Shown here: piece by piece, positions 25,157-38,481 of the stretch
Position numbering within the stretch: position 1 is the first letter of the stretch
Layout of the letters: each line of letters starts with the position of its first letter
Assembly: GCA_964304625.1 (NCBI GenBank)
Contig: OZ199838.1
Span: 14,023,318 to 14,087,317, forward strand
Source of the DNA: Kudoa neothunni
Lineage: Eukaryota; Animalia; Cnidaria
Reading direction: 5' to 3'
Length of the DNA: 64,000 nt
The notes under the pieces: model-generated
The model's database searches: none
What the model was told of the DNA's origin: nothing
What the model saw: only the letters and a program-made list of their open reading frames with translations
Program-made: the position numbers and the translations under genes

Positions 25157-25790
25157 CTCTTAACGAACAACAACTATATCGCAATCTGCTCATGCACGAC
25201 ATCATTGAAATATATTCTAACGTTGGAAAAATACTTATTGCATCATTAGAGGAGATCAATAAGATATGATAATGTCACACTGAAGTATGTTGTGAAAACA
25301 GACGACGATGTTTATGTTGCCATGAAAAACTACTTGCAACATTTGGAAGCCATGATCAGTGACAATGTGGAGTATGAAGGATTGTTGTAAGTCAGAACTG
25401 AGTTATTCTACAGTTTATGTTCATTATATATTGAGTTCAGGGTATCAAATGCCATTGTTATACGAGACTAAACACATAAAAATATTGAGCCTTTATGGGC
25501 AGCCCTACAAGATACATACCCACCGTACTGTCTTGGCTTTGGTTACTTTATTAAAGCTACCAAATTAAATTGACTAGTCTCTGAATAAAATACCTGTGAA
25601 TACCCCCAAAACGGAGACATTAATATTGGATATCTTTTAGGATTTTGTAACACAACCATGAGTAACAATAATGAATATAATCTCGATTCATTCTACAGCT
25701 CAAATTTGGCCAATGGGGTCAATCTATACCAAAACGATAATCAGTTTTATTTTCTTCGTGGTATATGAAAATATGAGCAGGTTCTATTTG
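25157..25790 (+). pseudogene. 5'-truncated GT31 glycosyltransferase paralog
   Basis: EQQLYRNLL..EIYSNVGKILIASLEEINK..TLKYVVKTDDDVYV..VEYEGLL|intron..YPPYCLGFGYFIKATKLN*, collinear with the 19795 gene including intron position. Has frameshifts and stops. Confidence 0.85.
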
Positions 25791-25962
25791 ACGAAACATA
25801 TCCCAATTTATAAAACTACGTGTCCAGGATATAAGAATATAAGAAAATCTATCTTCGTATACAAGGATTTGTTTTAATTCGTGGTAGAATTTTTTCTTAC
25901 AATATTTTTCGATTTAATTCGCGCATATGGGTACTTAATTTTGGTCAAAAAATACTCAATTA

Positions 25963-27900
25963 CTAATTCAAATTATCAAGAATATTTAAACCATTTAACG
26001 GCACATATTTATTTGTACATAACTTGAATAGTTCATTTGAAGCGATTCCTATATTAAATATTGAAATGTCTTCAAAAGTATAACTGAGATTAAGATATAC
26101 CGCCAAAATGAACGGATCCCAAGATGCATAACAAGTTGTCATCATCTGCGTTAGGAGATAACAAAATTTTTGGGTTATCAATCCCTGTCGCTTGGATATA
26201 TCCTACAGTTGATTACACGAAATTTTTACAAACTCAAAAGACCCATTTGACTGAGAAATGTGAATATTCCATTCTCTTCGCTGTCTATTCAAAAACTAAG
26301 CCACAACATTACACATTATTCAACTATTACTTTCATATTTAAGAAGATATTCCAAGATTTGTTCTGAGATCGATAATGTGTGTATGAAATCAATAAAAAA
26401 AATATTTTTGCCTATTTAAGATTAATTAGTTAATTTAAAATAGGCTGTAATACAAAAATTAGTGATATCATCGAACAATTTTTGGTCAAATTGTTCTCTG
26501 TTCCAAATAAGATCGTACATACGATCTACATCACACCAAAACTGATCTCTATATCTAAAACATTTTATTATGTAATCGAATTTTATTTTGCACACTGACA
26601 ATTGTTTCAATCTTGTGTAGTATGCCGTTGATGTAGACATATCATCCAATGATGCAACAGTGTATGGAATACGACCTTGGTTTGTAGTAGATACATGACG
26701 AATATCCATAAAAATACCATAAATATCTACAAATTTCTGAAATCCCTTGATAATTATCTTCAGATTTCCCTAATAACCCATACTATTTGTTTGTTAACAA
26801 GCTATAAACTTTCATAGTTTTTCTAGATATCAGTAAGGTAGAAATATTCTCTGGGATCTAGATATTTTTTTAGATTTAATGATATAAGTTGCTTATATTA
26901 CTTGGTTCGATGGGAAATATCCAAGCCCACTTTTAATGTGGGCACAAGCTTCGTTGTAATTTTGGGCATTAGCAATGCAGTTGTATTTGGCTTGAAACAA
27001 TTTAAGAAGACGATCCCGAATACTTTTGTTTAAATGCTCGATAGACCCATATTCCTGGGAATACATTATGTTGAACTTCTCACTACAATTATTTTTACTT
27101 CTCTATACTGATCAACTGTATCCAGAACTAATATTGGAAATGGTATTAACCATGGTTTCTAACAATAAATTATTCATTTTTAGCTATAGTGAAGCAGTAT
27201 GTATTTGAAAACCTCGGGTATATTTTCACGTAACCCCAAACTATGTTGATAACTAACTAATGCATCAAACGGTTCTAACAATCTCAAATCTGATGGTTTA
27301 TAATCGGGACAAGGCTCCATAACTAAAACCTCATTATTTTCGGTAACTATTTACCCAGATTACCAGGTAAACTATTGTATTGGGGAATAATAATGCCCAT
27401 TCCTTGGATAACACTAATGTCTAGTGCATAGATATTATGTTCATAAAGAAATTCCAGCAATCGTTTATATTTACTAAAATTTTTTAAAGCCAAACAATAA
27501 ATTGGCAATTATTACGTTGAACTAAGTTGTGTAAAAACCACAACATTAAATCCACGAAATAAATCGTTGTTCTCATTAAAAACATCTCCAGGATTCTTCA
27601 AAAAATTTAAAATAACCCAATTAGTATACAACCAACCTTGTAAATCGAGTTAACTTTAGTGCAATGGTTTATCGATCCCATATTTGATGGTATAACATCT
27701 ACTATATACTTAAAAAATGTCAGTGCTCAATTAGCTCATGCATCTACGACATTACTTTTCCAATATCACTTTCTTCGTTAATAAAAAAGCTAAAAATCTT
27801 CCAATAAAAATATCCAAAGTTTTTCATTAATTTACTTGTTGGATATCGGTATATTAGGCGAAACTATTTGGTCGCTAATCAATGTTACGCACCCAATACC
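25963..27900 (-). other. Unidentified decayed, apparently intronless coding-like segment
   Basis: Successive open stretches on the minus strand (NEVLVMEPCPDYKPSDLRLLEPFDAL; MYSQEYGSIEHLNKSIRDRLL; ORFs 26422-26709 and 25963-26181). Family not recognised. Confidence 0.3.
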
Positions 27901-28328
27901 TTCTCGTTGAAATTTAGTTAGATAGATATAATTTTCATTCCTACATATAATATTTACCGTATAAAAAACATTCTTTTATCATTTCTATTGCAACATTGGA
28001 TACACCAATAAAACAAATACGAGAATGGGCTATTCTCTGTTGAGAATCCTTTCCAATTAATCTAATAAACGTGTAATCAAAATTTAATCGATTATGATCT
28101 GAGTTTGGCGAAGGTTACCTTATTTGCCGATCAAATAAATCAAAACTGTCATAATTCATGCTAACTTTTTACAAACGATAAATTGACTTGAAAAATCAGC
28201 TAATGAAACCTCGAAATGAATTTTTTTATTTTAATAAAAACCAATATTGAACGGCTATTTATCATACAGTGGAATCCACTTTGAGATGAATGCGCGAGTA
28301 GTTGGGCAGCTTAAAAAAACTATAAACA

Positions 28329-29010
28329 TTAATTCTTTTTGCTATCGGTAGAATGTGGCAGTTTCGTATAAATTGCAAATAAAATTTTCAGAGTATCTTT
28401 TAAAAAATTTTCCGATTTGATTAATCCACTTTGAAGTAGTAGTTTCAGGCGTAGCATCAACAGATTAATTAATAAAATTTGATTTTTCAATGTTGGACCT
28501 TTTATTAAAATAACGAAACCCTCCACAAATTGCACATAATGGTAAACCTTTTTCTTTGGCTGATTTATTTCTCTTGATGATTACCGTGACGACGCTTACT
28601 ACAATCTTTTGGCTTCTTGTCCATTCGATCCACTCATGTACATCGTCATCAACAGAATCAAATTGCCTTGCATGCAAAAAGTTTCTATTATTAGATTCTG
28701 AAAACATTTATAGGTTTTGATTATTTTACTTTTCATCTCTAGGATGCCATTACGATTCAAGATAATAGATATTTTAAAAAGTGATGCAGTGGCAGTTTTT
28801 TGAGCATTAGATTGGGAACTTTCATAATAATAAGTAACCTTATACTTTTCGGCAAAAGGGAAATTTTTAGGAGTTTTTTTGGCATGAAATATTGACTTAA
28901 CTAAATAATTAACGAGAAGTACCCCTAAAAAGTGCGTGAAATTGATCAGTCACGTGAATTTTAGTTACAATATTTAGCAAATTTTTAAAATAATTTTTAT
29001 AAAGATAATG
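28329..29010 (-). mobile_element. Tigger/pogo remnant (CENP-B-type HTH)
   Basis: QFDSVDDDVHEWIEWTRSQKIVVS; inverted homolog of about 43150-43810. Confidence 0.8.
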
Positions 29011-29029
29011 ATTGGAATATCAAGAAATA

Positions 29030-31089
29030 TCTATATGTATATATATATATATAATCCTTTGTCTGTCTGTGCGTGTCCACAAGTGCGCATATGTCATGGA
29101 GAAACTTTTTTTAAATACAACTTTTAATTCGCATTTGAATTGATAATATCATTAATAAAAACATTCATTCATTTATAAGTACAAACATAATCAATATCGT
29201 TATCAGAAGTAAGGAATTCTCTGGCTATTTACATCAATTACCAGATTAAAAGATATCTGAATAATACTGATGTTTGTTTACTTCAGAGTGATATTCAATT
29301 AGAATAAACCTTTACTGACTGCATATAAAGAGAATCTGTTAATTATGATGTATAATGTTTCAAAAATGTTACATATGCCGGTATGGAGTAATTTTAAGAC
29401 AGAAAAAATCATAAACACCACATTTACAAGAGTTGTTGCATTTTTTTTTAAATTTGAAGAATAACCAAATTATTTAGGATATATTTTCATTTTTCGAGCG
29501 TTATGGATACAGTCAAGCGAAAAAGATTATGATCATTTTAAATTAAACACATAACTCGAGATTATGAGTTGTTGCCATCAATGAGTAATTTGGTAGTTCT
29601 ATAAGCATTCAAAAAACGATTTAAGACGTGTGTAGAGATTTCAAATAATTAAATTTTTGTAATAGCTTCATAAATGAAAATAATGCTCTATTGGAATTCC
29701 TGAGATGTGAAAATTTCTTTTTATCAAATATATCGATTGGATTGAAACTATATTAGTCATTTCGATAAGTTTTTACTCATTTTTTGGTTTTCCTAAACTT
29801 TCTTGCAAAGCAGCTGGCATAACTAATTCGATAAGTTTCTATATTTGATGAGATGATTTATTAAATAATGTTTAAGTTCTTAGTAACCTAATTATTCCTC
29901 ACCCCCAGACCTTAAGATTAACATTCAAATCAATATATAATTTTCTTTTCTTTTCTCTTCGCTAATACTAATTCATTATGATAAAAAGCTCCATGAAAAT
30001 ATGTGACACCGAATTCTATGCGTAGTTTAAGAATTTATATTCACGATTACTTTTGCACAAAATACAGTCCCCTCTCAATCTCAACACGTGCCATGTAAGT
30101 TAATAAAAAATTATTAGTCTATTCGATCTAACCGATATTTTCACAAAGTTTTCGTTAATCTAAGAAAAGTTCAATACAAAGAAATTTTTGGGGGGAGAGG
30201 GGAATCAAACAGTACGTTTGTTTTTAAGAAGGGTGCACTCCTTCGAGAAAATAAGTTGATATTTAAGCATTACTGTAATTTTTAAAACCAAAAACATCTT
30301 TACATTTTAGATTTAATCATATTTTGTTAATTAAATTTGTATATTTTCGAATAAGTAAGTATTCTTGATTCAAAGTAAGATTGGATCTATTTAAAAATCG
30401 GGAAAATATGTTAAAATAATGAATACTTAAGTTATTACCCACAAATTATTGAAACCTCATTAACATCCTTTGTAAATTGCGAAAAAGGAGTAAAAATTAG
30501 TATTTTTATTTCTGATGGCATTTTAGGTCAATTTTATTTTATTATCGTTTGTAGACTAATAATAAATTTAATAACTAGTAAGTTTAATTTTTATAGCAAA
30601 ATTTTGAAAGAACTGAAAGTCCTATTAAAGTTACTTAATAATTTTATTTTAGTAAATAAATGAACTTTAATCGTTAATTAAATTTCTCACAAAATTAAGG
30701 TCATTATATTTTATGGTCATAATTTGTAAAATAAACGTAAAAATACTCATTAACTTCCCTCAATACCTCTATATTTTGAATGGGAAGTGCGCGCATAATT
30801 TTGATTTTCTAAATCATCACTTTGTAAAAATAATGACAAACTTTAAAATGCAACAATTCAAATAGAAAAATAAAATTAACAGTGTTTAGCGTGCTAATTA
30901 AATTAACTTAATCGTATAATTTCTTCATTCGGAAATAAAACTAAAAATTAAAATTTTCCACCACACGGTACCAGTAAAACTGGGCATTAGCGTTATTTAC
31001 TTAAAAAACAGCAAGGCTTTAGTCTGCGCCAGGTTTTAGCCTATTTGACTGGGAAAGGAAGCCTTCGCGAAGCGGGGCTTTTGCGCTCG
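29030..31089 (+). mobile_element. Probable non-autonomous Helitron
   Basis: A|TCTATATGTATATATA start with a GTCTGTCTGTGCGTG microsatellite; 3' GC hairpin GCCTTCGCGAAGCGGGGC followed by CTCG|T. Pairing of the two ends is inferred. Confidence 0.45.
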
Positions 31090-31179
31090 TATATATATAT
31101 ATAAAGGATAAAAGGAATATGGAAATAAAATTTCTTACAAATAATTAGAGCAAATCAAAACAATAAATAATATTTCTTT

Positions 31180-32400
31180 TTATTTTGTGTTTCGTGCAAA
31201 CAGATTTGAAACATCTTATGTTTGATTCTTAATACAATTATTCCAAGGACAAAAATGGCGTCCTGTTTTTCCTCGGTAATTGAATGGAACTTGATTCATA
31301 TATCATCGAATTGTCATTATAGGTAGAAATTTCGAAAAATTGAAAATCATACCTTGTGTGAGATCGTAGACCGTGAGAATTTTCATCACGACATACTAAA
31401 TTAGATATTAATTCTATGGCGAGCTTGCTGATAAATTTCTGTCTCTTGTTATGATCATTTTTTTCCATCTAGGATTTTTCCGGATACAAATAATGCATGC
31501 ATCAATGCAGGCTTGTCAGTAATTTCCATAAAGATCCTGAGTTGCCATCTGCCATCTACGAGTGGGTTTTGAATAATAGTACGACACGTTTATTCTTCCT
31601 CGTCATCAACACCACCTTAATTTCGTTATAGTGAAAAATCACCATTGTATTTTTTTCTGCACGTTGCCCCTATTGAAATATCATGAGAATAAGTAGACAA
31701 GATATTGGCAAGCGTAATTCTTTTTCGGACGTATGCGATTAGCGTGAGATCACCAACAAATCGTTAGAGACAAAAGAAAACCTCTCATTGTGGTGATTAT
31801 AGGGATTCTTTGAGTACATCTCGTTTGTTTGACCTAATTGTTTCTGTTAATGTCAGGTTCTCTTTGATAATTCCTTGTAGTTAGAGAAACAAACGTAAAA
31901 AATTGTTTGTCGTCACCCCTCAGCTAGTTCCATAAGACCGGTAGTAAAGTTTTGTAACAACATTTTCAACTTTATTTATTATCATTTGAACTTGGAAATC
32001 TTTTCTACATAAGGTAAGATAGAATATTTAATAAGTAGGATGTTTCTACGTCAGCAGCCACCCAAAGGTTTATTACGAATCGTCCAGGTTTTCTTTTCGT
32101 TATACATAGAAAGAATATTTAACACGAAACCTGACTAAACTTTCGTCGACTGTAATATGCGTGACAGATGAATAATACTTTAGGCAACTTCCATTGAACA
32201 GTTTGAAAATTTGGCGACAAGATTCAAAGTGATCATTAGTAATTTGAAACCAATCACTTCCATTTGTTTTATCGTCGAAACGGAGTTTTCTATAAAATGT
32301 AAGTAACCCTGCTTCTGGGCAACACTGTCAGGGAGAATGTTTGAATGGTGTACTATCATCTCACATATTCCTATGAGCATCTTACCAGTTGAACATCCAG
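31180..32400 (-). mobile_element. Decayed piggyBac transposase
   Basis: Minus-strand fragments HITVDESLVRFR, KPGRFVINLWVAADVETSYLLN, YNE..GGVD, RQKFISKLAIEL. Confidence 0.8.
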
Positions 32401-32446
32401 ACGCGATTAATTAATCAATCTTTATCTACTATCTATATCTCTATAT

Positions 32447-32520
32447 TAGTGGTTTCTTAACCTTTTCACGCTCGCGGACCCTAATTGCGTTCAATGGACT
32501 TAACACAGAACCCCGTTGTG
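32447..32520. mobile_element. Orphan hAT/Charlie-type terminus
   Basis: TAGTGGTTTCTTAACCTTTTCACGCTCGCGGACCC resembles the 22167 end. No partner end located. Confidence 0.45.
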
Positions 32521-35500
32521 GTTTATGCATAATCCGAACATACATATAATGTATAAACTAAAATTATTTATCTGATATCCCCTAATTAATTAAAATATTT
32601 TGTATATAAATTAATTATGTGGTGGTTTTGTTTTAAAAATATGTATTAACAATTTTTAATCATTAAGAAACGAATTATTTTTAGTATTAAAAAATAAACA
32701 TCGTTGAAATCCTCCCCAGTAATTTTATTTAAACTCTAAAAAAACATAGAAAATGACGTATAATACATTAAAATAAGGTATTCAATAAAATTTATTGAAT
32801 TAATGTAAAAATACACATATACTTTAAAAAAGAAAATACATTATAAAATATTTTTAAAACGAATGGGTTCTTGAAAAAATCGAAATATTTTTGGTATATA
32901 AATCTCTATTTACGTTAATTATTGTGTTTATTAAAATAAAAAGTCAACAAAGCAGAAATCGTTATATAAAATGCGAGTTCAATGTAGAAAAACATATTTC
33001 ATATATAAATAATCAAACATAAAAGAAATTTGTCTCAAATTTGTTTCAACCTTTGGAAAAACTTATTGTTGTGAGTACCTTTATTCAACTACGGTCGATC
33101 CTGGATATTGCGTAATTGTTTGCGAATGGCAACGAATTACACAATACAGGTATTGGCGCAAGCGCGTTACGTATAAAAAACTAATGTAATTCGGGTTTAA
33201 AATAACTGGATGTGTTTTGAAAGTAATGCTGTTGAGTTTTATAACAAAAAAGTTTTATGATTAAATTAATTGAATATTTGAGTTCCGCAGCTGACACGAG
33301 CGCTTTATATTTTACAAAGTTTGGATTGACATTTTAAATCTATCACCTGCATACACTTCAGGTAAAGCTATTGATTCTCAATGTATTTTTCTCTCTTCTT
33401 CAATGTTGTTGATGTCGTAATATTTTTTTTATATAAAAATTAAAGTTGATAAACAATTGAATAGTGTGCCGAAATTTTCGACATTATTTTCAGAAAAATC
33501 TTTATTTATAATTCTACAACATTTTAACTTAAGGTTTATCAAAAATGTCCCCAAAATGTAAGTTCAAGTAAGGAAAAGGTACATACATGATTTTAACGCC
33601 TTGCGGCTCTTGAAAATCTGGGAAACCTTCAAGTTGGCTCACATCCTGGGAATGTCTTGCCACCCTTGTAATATACCATCTTGTCAACTCCATACAGATG
33701 ACCATAACTCCCATTTATAAGTTAAATATAAAAAAATTCAAATTAGACTACTTAATAATATCCACAGAAACGTTAAATTTTATTATTTAATAAACGTTTC
33801 CCTTTAATAAAATGAAGATAAACAAATCTATCAAAGCTAGTCTTTACCATATTTAAAATCATAGTTTTCTTTAAAAATAAGTATTAATATCTATGAAAGC
33901 TAAAAATATTTTAACCTTAGATACATTCAAATAGTAAGTCACAAGATTTTCAAGTTGACACTTTAACGAGTAATTCATGAAATTAAAATATTCCGACAAT
34001 TATAAGAAATACTAAAACTTTAATTTAAAAAAATACTCTTTTATATATTAGACGTATTTATTTAGAAAATTTATAAATAACTTCTTTACTACAATTAAAA
34101 ATAATTTTCTAAAATCTCAACCGAATTGTTTTAGAAATATTCTAAAACAATCCCCTAATCCAATATCCCCAATATCCTTGCAGAATTCGAATTATAACTG
34201 AGCTCTTAATGATTTTAAAAAATCTTTTAAAAGATATTTGCACTAATTAGGTGCCGAAATGTGTCATTTAAAACAAATTATATTTCAAAATCGTAAAAAC
34301 TTGTAATTTGATATAAATACAATAATTCCCCCAAAATATGAGAGATACAATATCGCAATAATATAAATTAAAGAATTTTTGTACAAAAAACCAATTTTAA
34401 ATATTATTTAATTCATAGAAGTCGGGACGGAAACCGATGGGAACAGTTTAGGATTTATCAATACCATCAAACATATAAACTTTGACACTCAAAAGACTAA
34501 ATTTAATGTTTTAATATAAAAAGTATAAAATAAGTTTCTTGAAAAATCAACATTGTTGAATTTTACTTTTTAAATGTTTTACTTCTTAGGATGCGTGTTG
34601 AGTAAAGTAAGGGATTACCCAATCTCATCATTGCATAGAAGACTTATTAGATTTCCTTTCGAGGTAATAATAAAATAGCGTGATTTACACTTTTTTAACA
34701 TATCTAAATCTAGGAAAATTGTTAATTAAAAATTATTCTTATATTAATTTAAATTCGACTTCAATATTTTTTAATAAGTTCTGGTTGTAAACGCATTGCA
34801 ATTAATATTGTGTTTTATAAAATTTCGATAATTCATCTGCTGATATATCCATATGATGTGAGACGAACAATGTCATCAAGGCAGTGCTCAAGATTGTCTT
34901 TAATCTCCCCTTAGCGTCTTATATAATCGGATTTTTTTATGCTAATTTAATTAAAAATTAATAGGGACGATATTATTTTCCAAAAAAAATCGTAGTTAAA
35001 TCCCTATTTTCAGAAAATAACTGCTTTTAACGTTTAATATTTTGAGGTAGGTAACGAAATCAGATAAACCCTAGTATTATAATAAAGTATTAAATTTAAT
35101 GCGGTTTAAGCCGATTTAAATAATTCTAAAAAATAATTGGTTTAGACGTTATTTAAAGATGACAATTCTCGTTAAAGTTTGAAAACAGGAAAATAAACGC
35201 TACAAATTCGTTATGTTATTAAATATCTATATAAACTTAAATGCATCTCAACTAGCTACTAAAAAAGTTTTTAATTCGTTAATAAGATTTTCATGAACAA
35301 ATATTGGTTTTATATAATTAATAAATTTGATGTATTTCTTACATATAAAGTTCAGCAGATAAATTATTTTAAGCTTTAAATAAGGTAGTAACCGAACATC
35401 AATATTTTTTAATATATTACATAAAAACCAGACAATATTAAATTCAGCATACATAAGATAATACTATTAAATAAATGGATTTATTTCGGTGTGGCTATCC

Positions 35501-35773
35501 CAAATATCATTTTGTTTAGTTTCCACAAAATGCTGGCATAAATATCGAATAACTATTATATTAATACTATATCAAAGGGTTCTTTATTAACTTTAGCCCA
35601 AAAAATTTGTTTAAAGCTTAGCAGGATAAAAAAAGAGGATTTGAATATACTTAATTATAAGTTACAACTTACGAAGATGTTTCGTATAGTCGTTTTGAGC
35701 TTGTTTCAGGTGACTGGGCTTAAGTATTTATCTTTTCTGGTTGTTGTTTCTGTTATAACAAGAAATTGTCCAA

Positions 35774-37226
35774 ATGGAATCAAATACTGATCAACTAAAT
35801 TTGCCAAAAAATGACATTCAAACTAATCAAAAGGAATGCGAAAGGCAGGGCAAACTGTCTACATTCTTGACCGTGGATAATATTATGTTTTTTTCGATGT
35901 TCTTGTCAATTATTGTGGTTGGTGTTTCTATTGGATTATACGAATACAAAAAAAGTAGGCATAGACCTGATTTAAGCTCAATTTGTGATGTTGGATATTG
36001 TTACTATTTGGACGTTAACTCATTGACGTCTGAAAATGGTGGGAACGATTTCAGTTATTATCACGCGGTTTAACAATAAATTTGATTATTTGAAAAGTAT
36101 TGGCGTGGAATTGTTAATATTGAATCAAATCAATCTCACCTCCGACAACCCTGTCTACAAATCTTATATAAGAAAAACATTAGTGGATGCAAGGGAAGCT
36201 GGATTAACTATTTACATGGTAATATCATCAGAGATTGCTAAAAAAAGGCACATAGCTACGTAAACTTGGGTATTTTGGGGTTTGTCTCCAACGGTACTTT
36301 GAATTAAAACTTGTTGTCAATTCAATTTTGTTCTCTAGTATATGATACGCTGGATAATGAACCAGTCAGTAGATCCAACCTGACCGTTTTTGAGCAAACT
36401 TTTGCTGACTACTCGGATACCAATCAATGGTCCTTTTCCTTTACTGGCCTCTTAAATTAAGTAAAATAAACGCTGCACTAAATCAAAAAAACAATTTCAA
36501 CTTTACTATTGTTCCTGTTTCAAGCAACCCATCTGTAGATATAGAAAAATTTATTTTTTCAACAGGCAATTTACTAATTAATTTAATTTTTGATGTTATT
36601 GACTTGTAATAAATATGTAGGTGATGATACGAGGGCTGCTGAAGACAATAGACTAAAGGTTGTTGCAAAGACAATTGTTCAACCAAAATGTCTAATTTAT
36701 GGTGGATATGAGTTGGCGGGTATATTTATTAGGAGAAAATAATATTATTAACTATGCAACATTCAATTTATCTATATCATTAATTTCCATAGGCGATACA
36801 ATAGAATTTTACACCAAAGATCAGCCACTCACATATTCCAAGATAGCTAACCTGATGAAAGATTTTTACAGATTTAGAGTCGATGATCCCTATTTTCTAA
36901 AATCGTTGAAAACTAGTGTTGTGTCGTTAGGTTCGAATGAATTTACCGTATATAAAAGAAGCTACGCGCCCAGCACAAACCCTGAAGGAGCGGCTGATTT
37001 TTACGTATTCGTTAAGGAAGAAGCTACCTCAGTCTTCAAAATTAATACTATTATTGAAGATCCAGGAAAACGTATGGTTATTATATATGCTTATCCTAAT
37101 GGCCAGAAGGGGAATAGTTTGATAAAATACTGTCATCAAATATGGCACAGATGTACCAATCAACGAAGACTTACTTCTGTTGATCGTTAGGGTGCGATAA
37201 CATTCAAATTGAATAAATATCTATGA
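35774..37226 (+). CDS. SLC3/4F2hc-like type II membrane protein with degenerate alpha-amylase-like ectodomain; frameshifted in this sequence
   Basis: Short cytosolic N-terminus, single TM (IMFFSMFLSIIVVGVSIGLY), then KFDYLKSIGVELLIL and LVDAREAGLTIY (GH13-type LDYL..LGV). Apparent +1 indels at about 36070 and 37125. Internal exon boundaries not fully resolved. Confidence 0.6.
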
Positions 37227-38481
37227 TTTTGTTGTTAGCTCATAAGATTGTTATATTTTGTTGGTTGATTTTTTTCCTTTGTATAACTCGTGAAAAATTA
37301 AACTTTTAGGACATTCTGGCGGAAAAAATTATTGACTGGATACAATTTATTTAATTTTATAGGGATTATCTCTAGGTTTCCAATGTTTTTGACGTCACTG
37401 AATATCGAATTAATTTTACGCCTATATTTAGTGGCTTTGTACGTAATTTAGAGAGAGAGAGAGTAGATCCTCTCATGATGAAAAATTAATCATATCTTAA
37501 AACGTAAATTGGAGCTAAAGGTCACCATGTTATCCAAAAATTTATATTCTCTAATTCTCTATGAATAAGACAAGTTTTGAACATAGAACAAGTTTTAATT
37601 TGTGCTCGGAACTCGTTAAAATTGCCGATCCTCAAAATTGATATCATGACAAACCGGATGTTAAAAAAAATTATATAATTACTTCATTAACATTACAAAT
37701 TAAAAATAAGTTTATTAATACTAAATATTATTAACTTTCAAAATTAATTATATATTTTTGTATTGTTACATATACAAATAAGAGAGTATAAAACAAATAG
37801 AATTTTATAGAAAAAGCTATTATTATTGTTAGTAAATTTGAAGTATATTTCGCAAAGAATTATATATTTGAAATGAAGTTTTAAAAAAGTTAATATAATA
37901 GTAATTAGGTTTATTTCGAGAAGTTTGAGGGTTGATAAAATTAGTTATATTGTGCGATGGTTTGCGATGCATATTACGGCATAACAATTTTATTATTTTT
38001 TAAAATAATTTAGTAAATCGTTAGGTACCGGTCAATGTAATTAATTCAATTGTTTTTCCTATAAAAATATATAAATATGAACTTTCATTAGTGAAAGAAG
38101 TTAGAATTATTTGGCAGAAAAATTAAAGATACCGATTAATCCATTTTCCTTTAAAATTTAGCATTTACTTAATTCTAAATTATTTGAATTATTAGTACTA
38201 AAATTTATGGATATTTCTGTCAATATTTCGCATATTTTTTGGGCTAATAAAGTCATGATAAATTTCCATATAACAAATTATACATAATCCATGATGGTAT
38301 GAGTGTGTTTCGGATTTTTGTAGGAATTACAAAATTAGTTTAATTTTAATTTATTGAAGAATAGCATTATTTAGGAAACTGGGATTATTATTTTAACCAA
38401 ATAATTTTTTTACTTAACTGAATAGTAATCCCTTATCTACTATATATATATATAAAGCTAAGTTGTCCGTGTATGCGTGCC

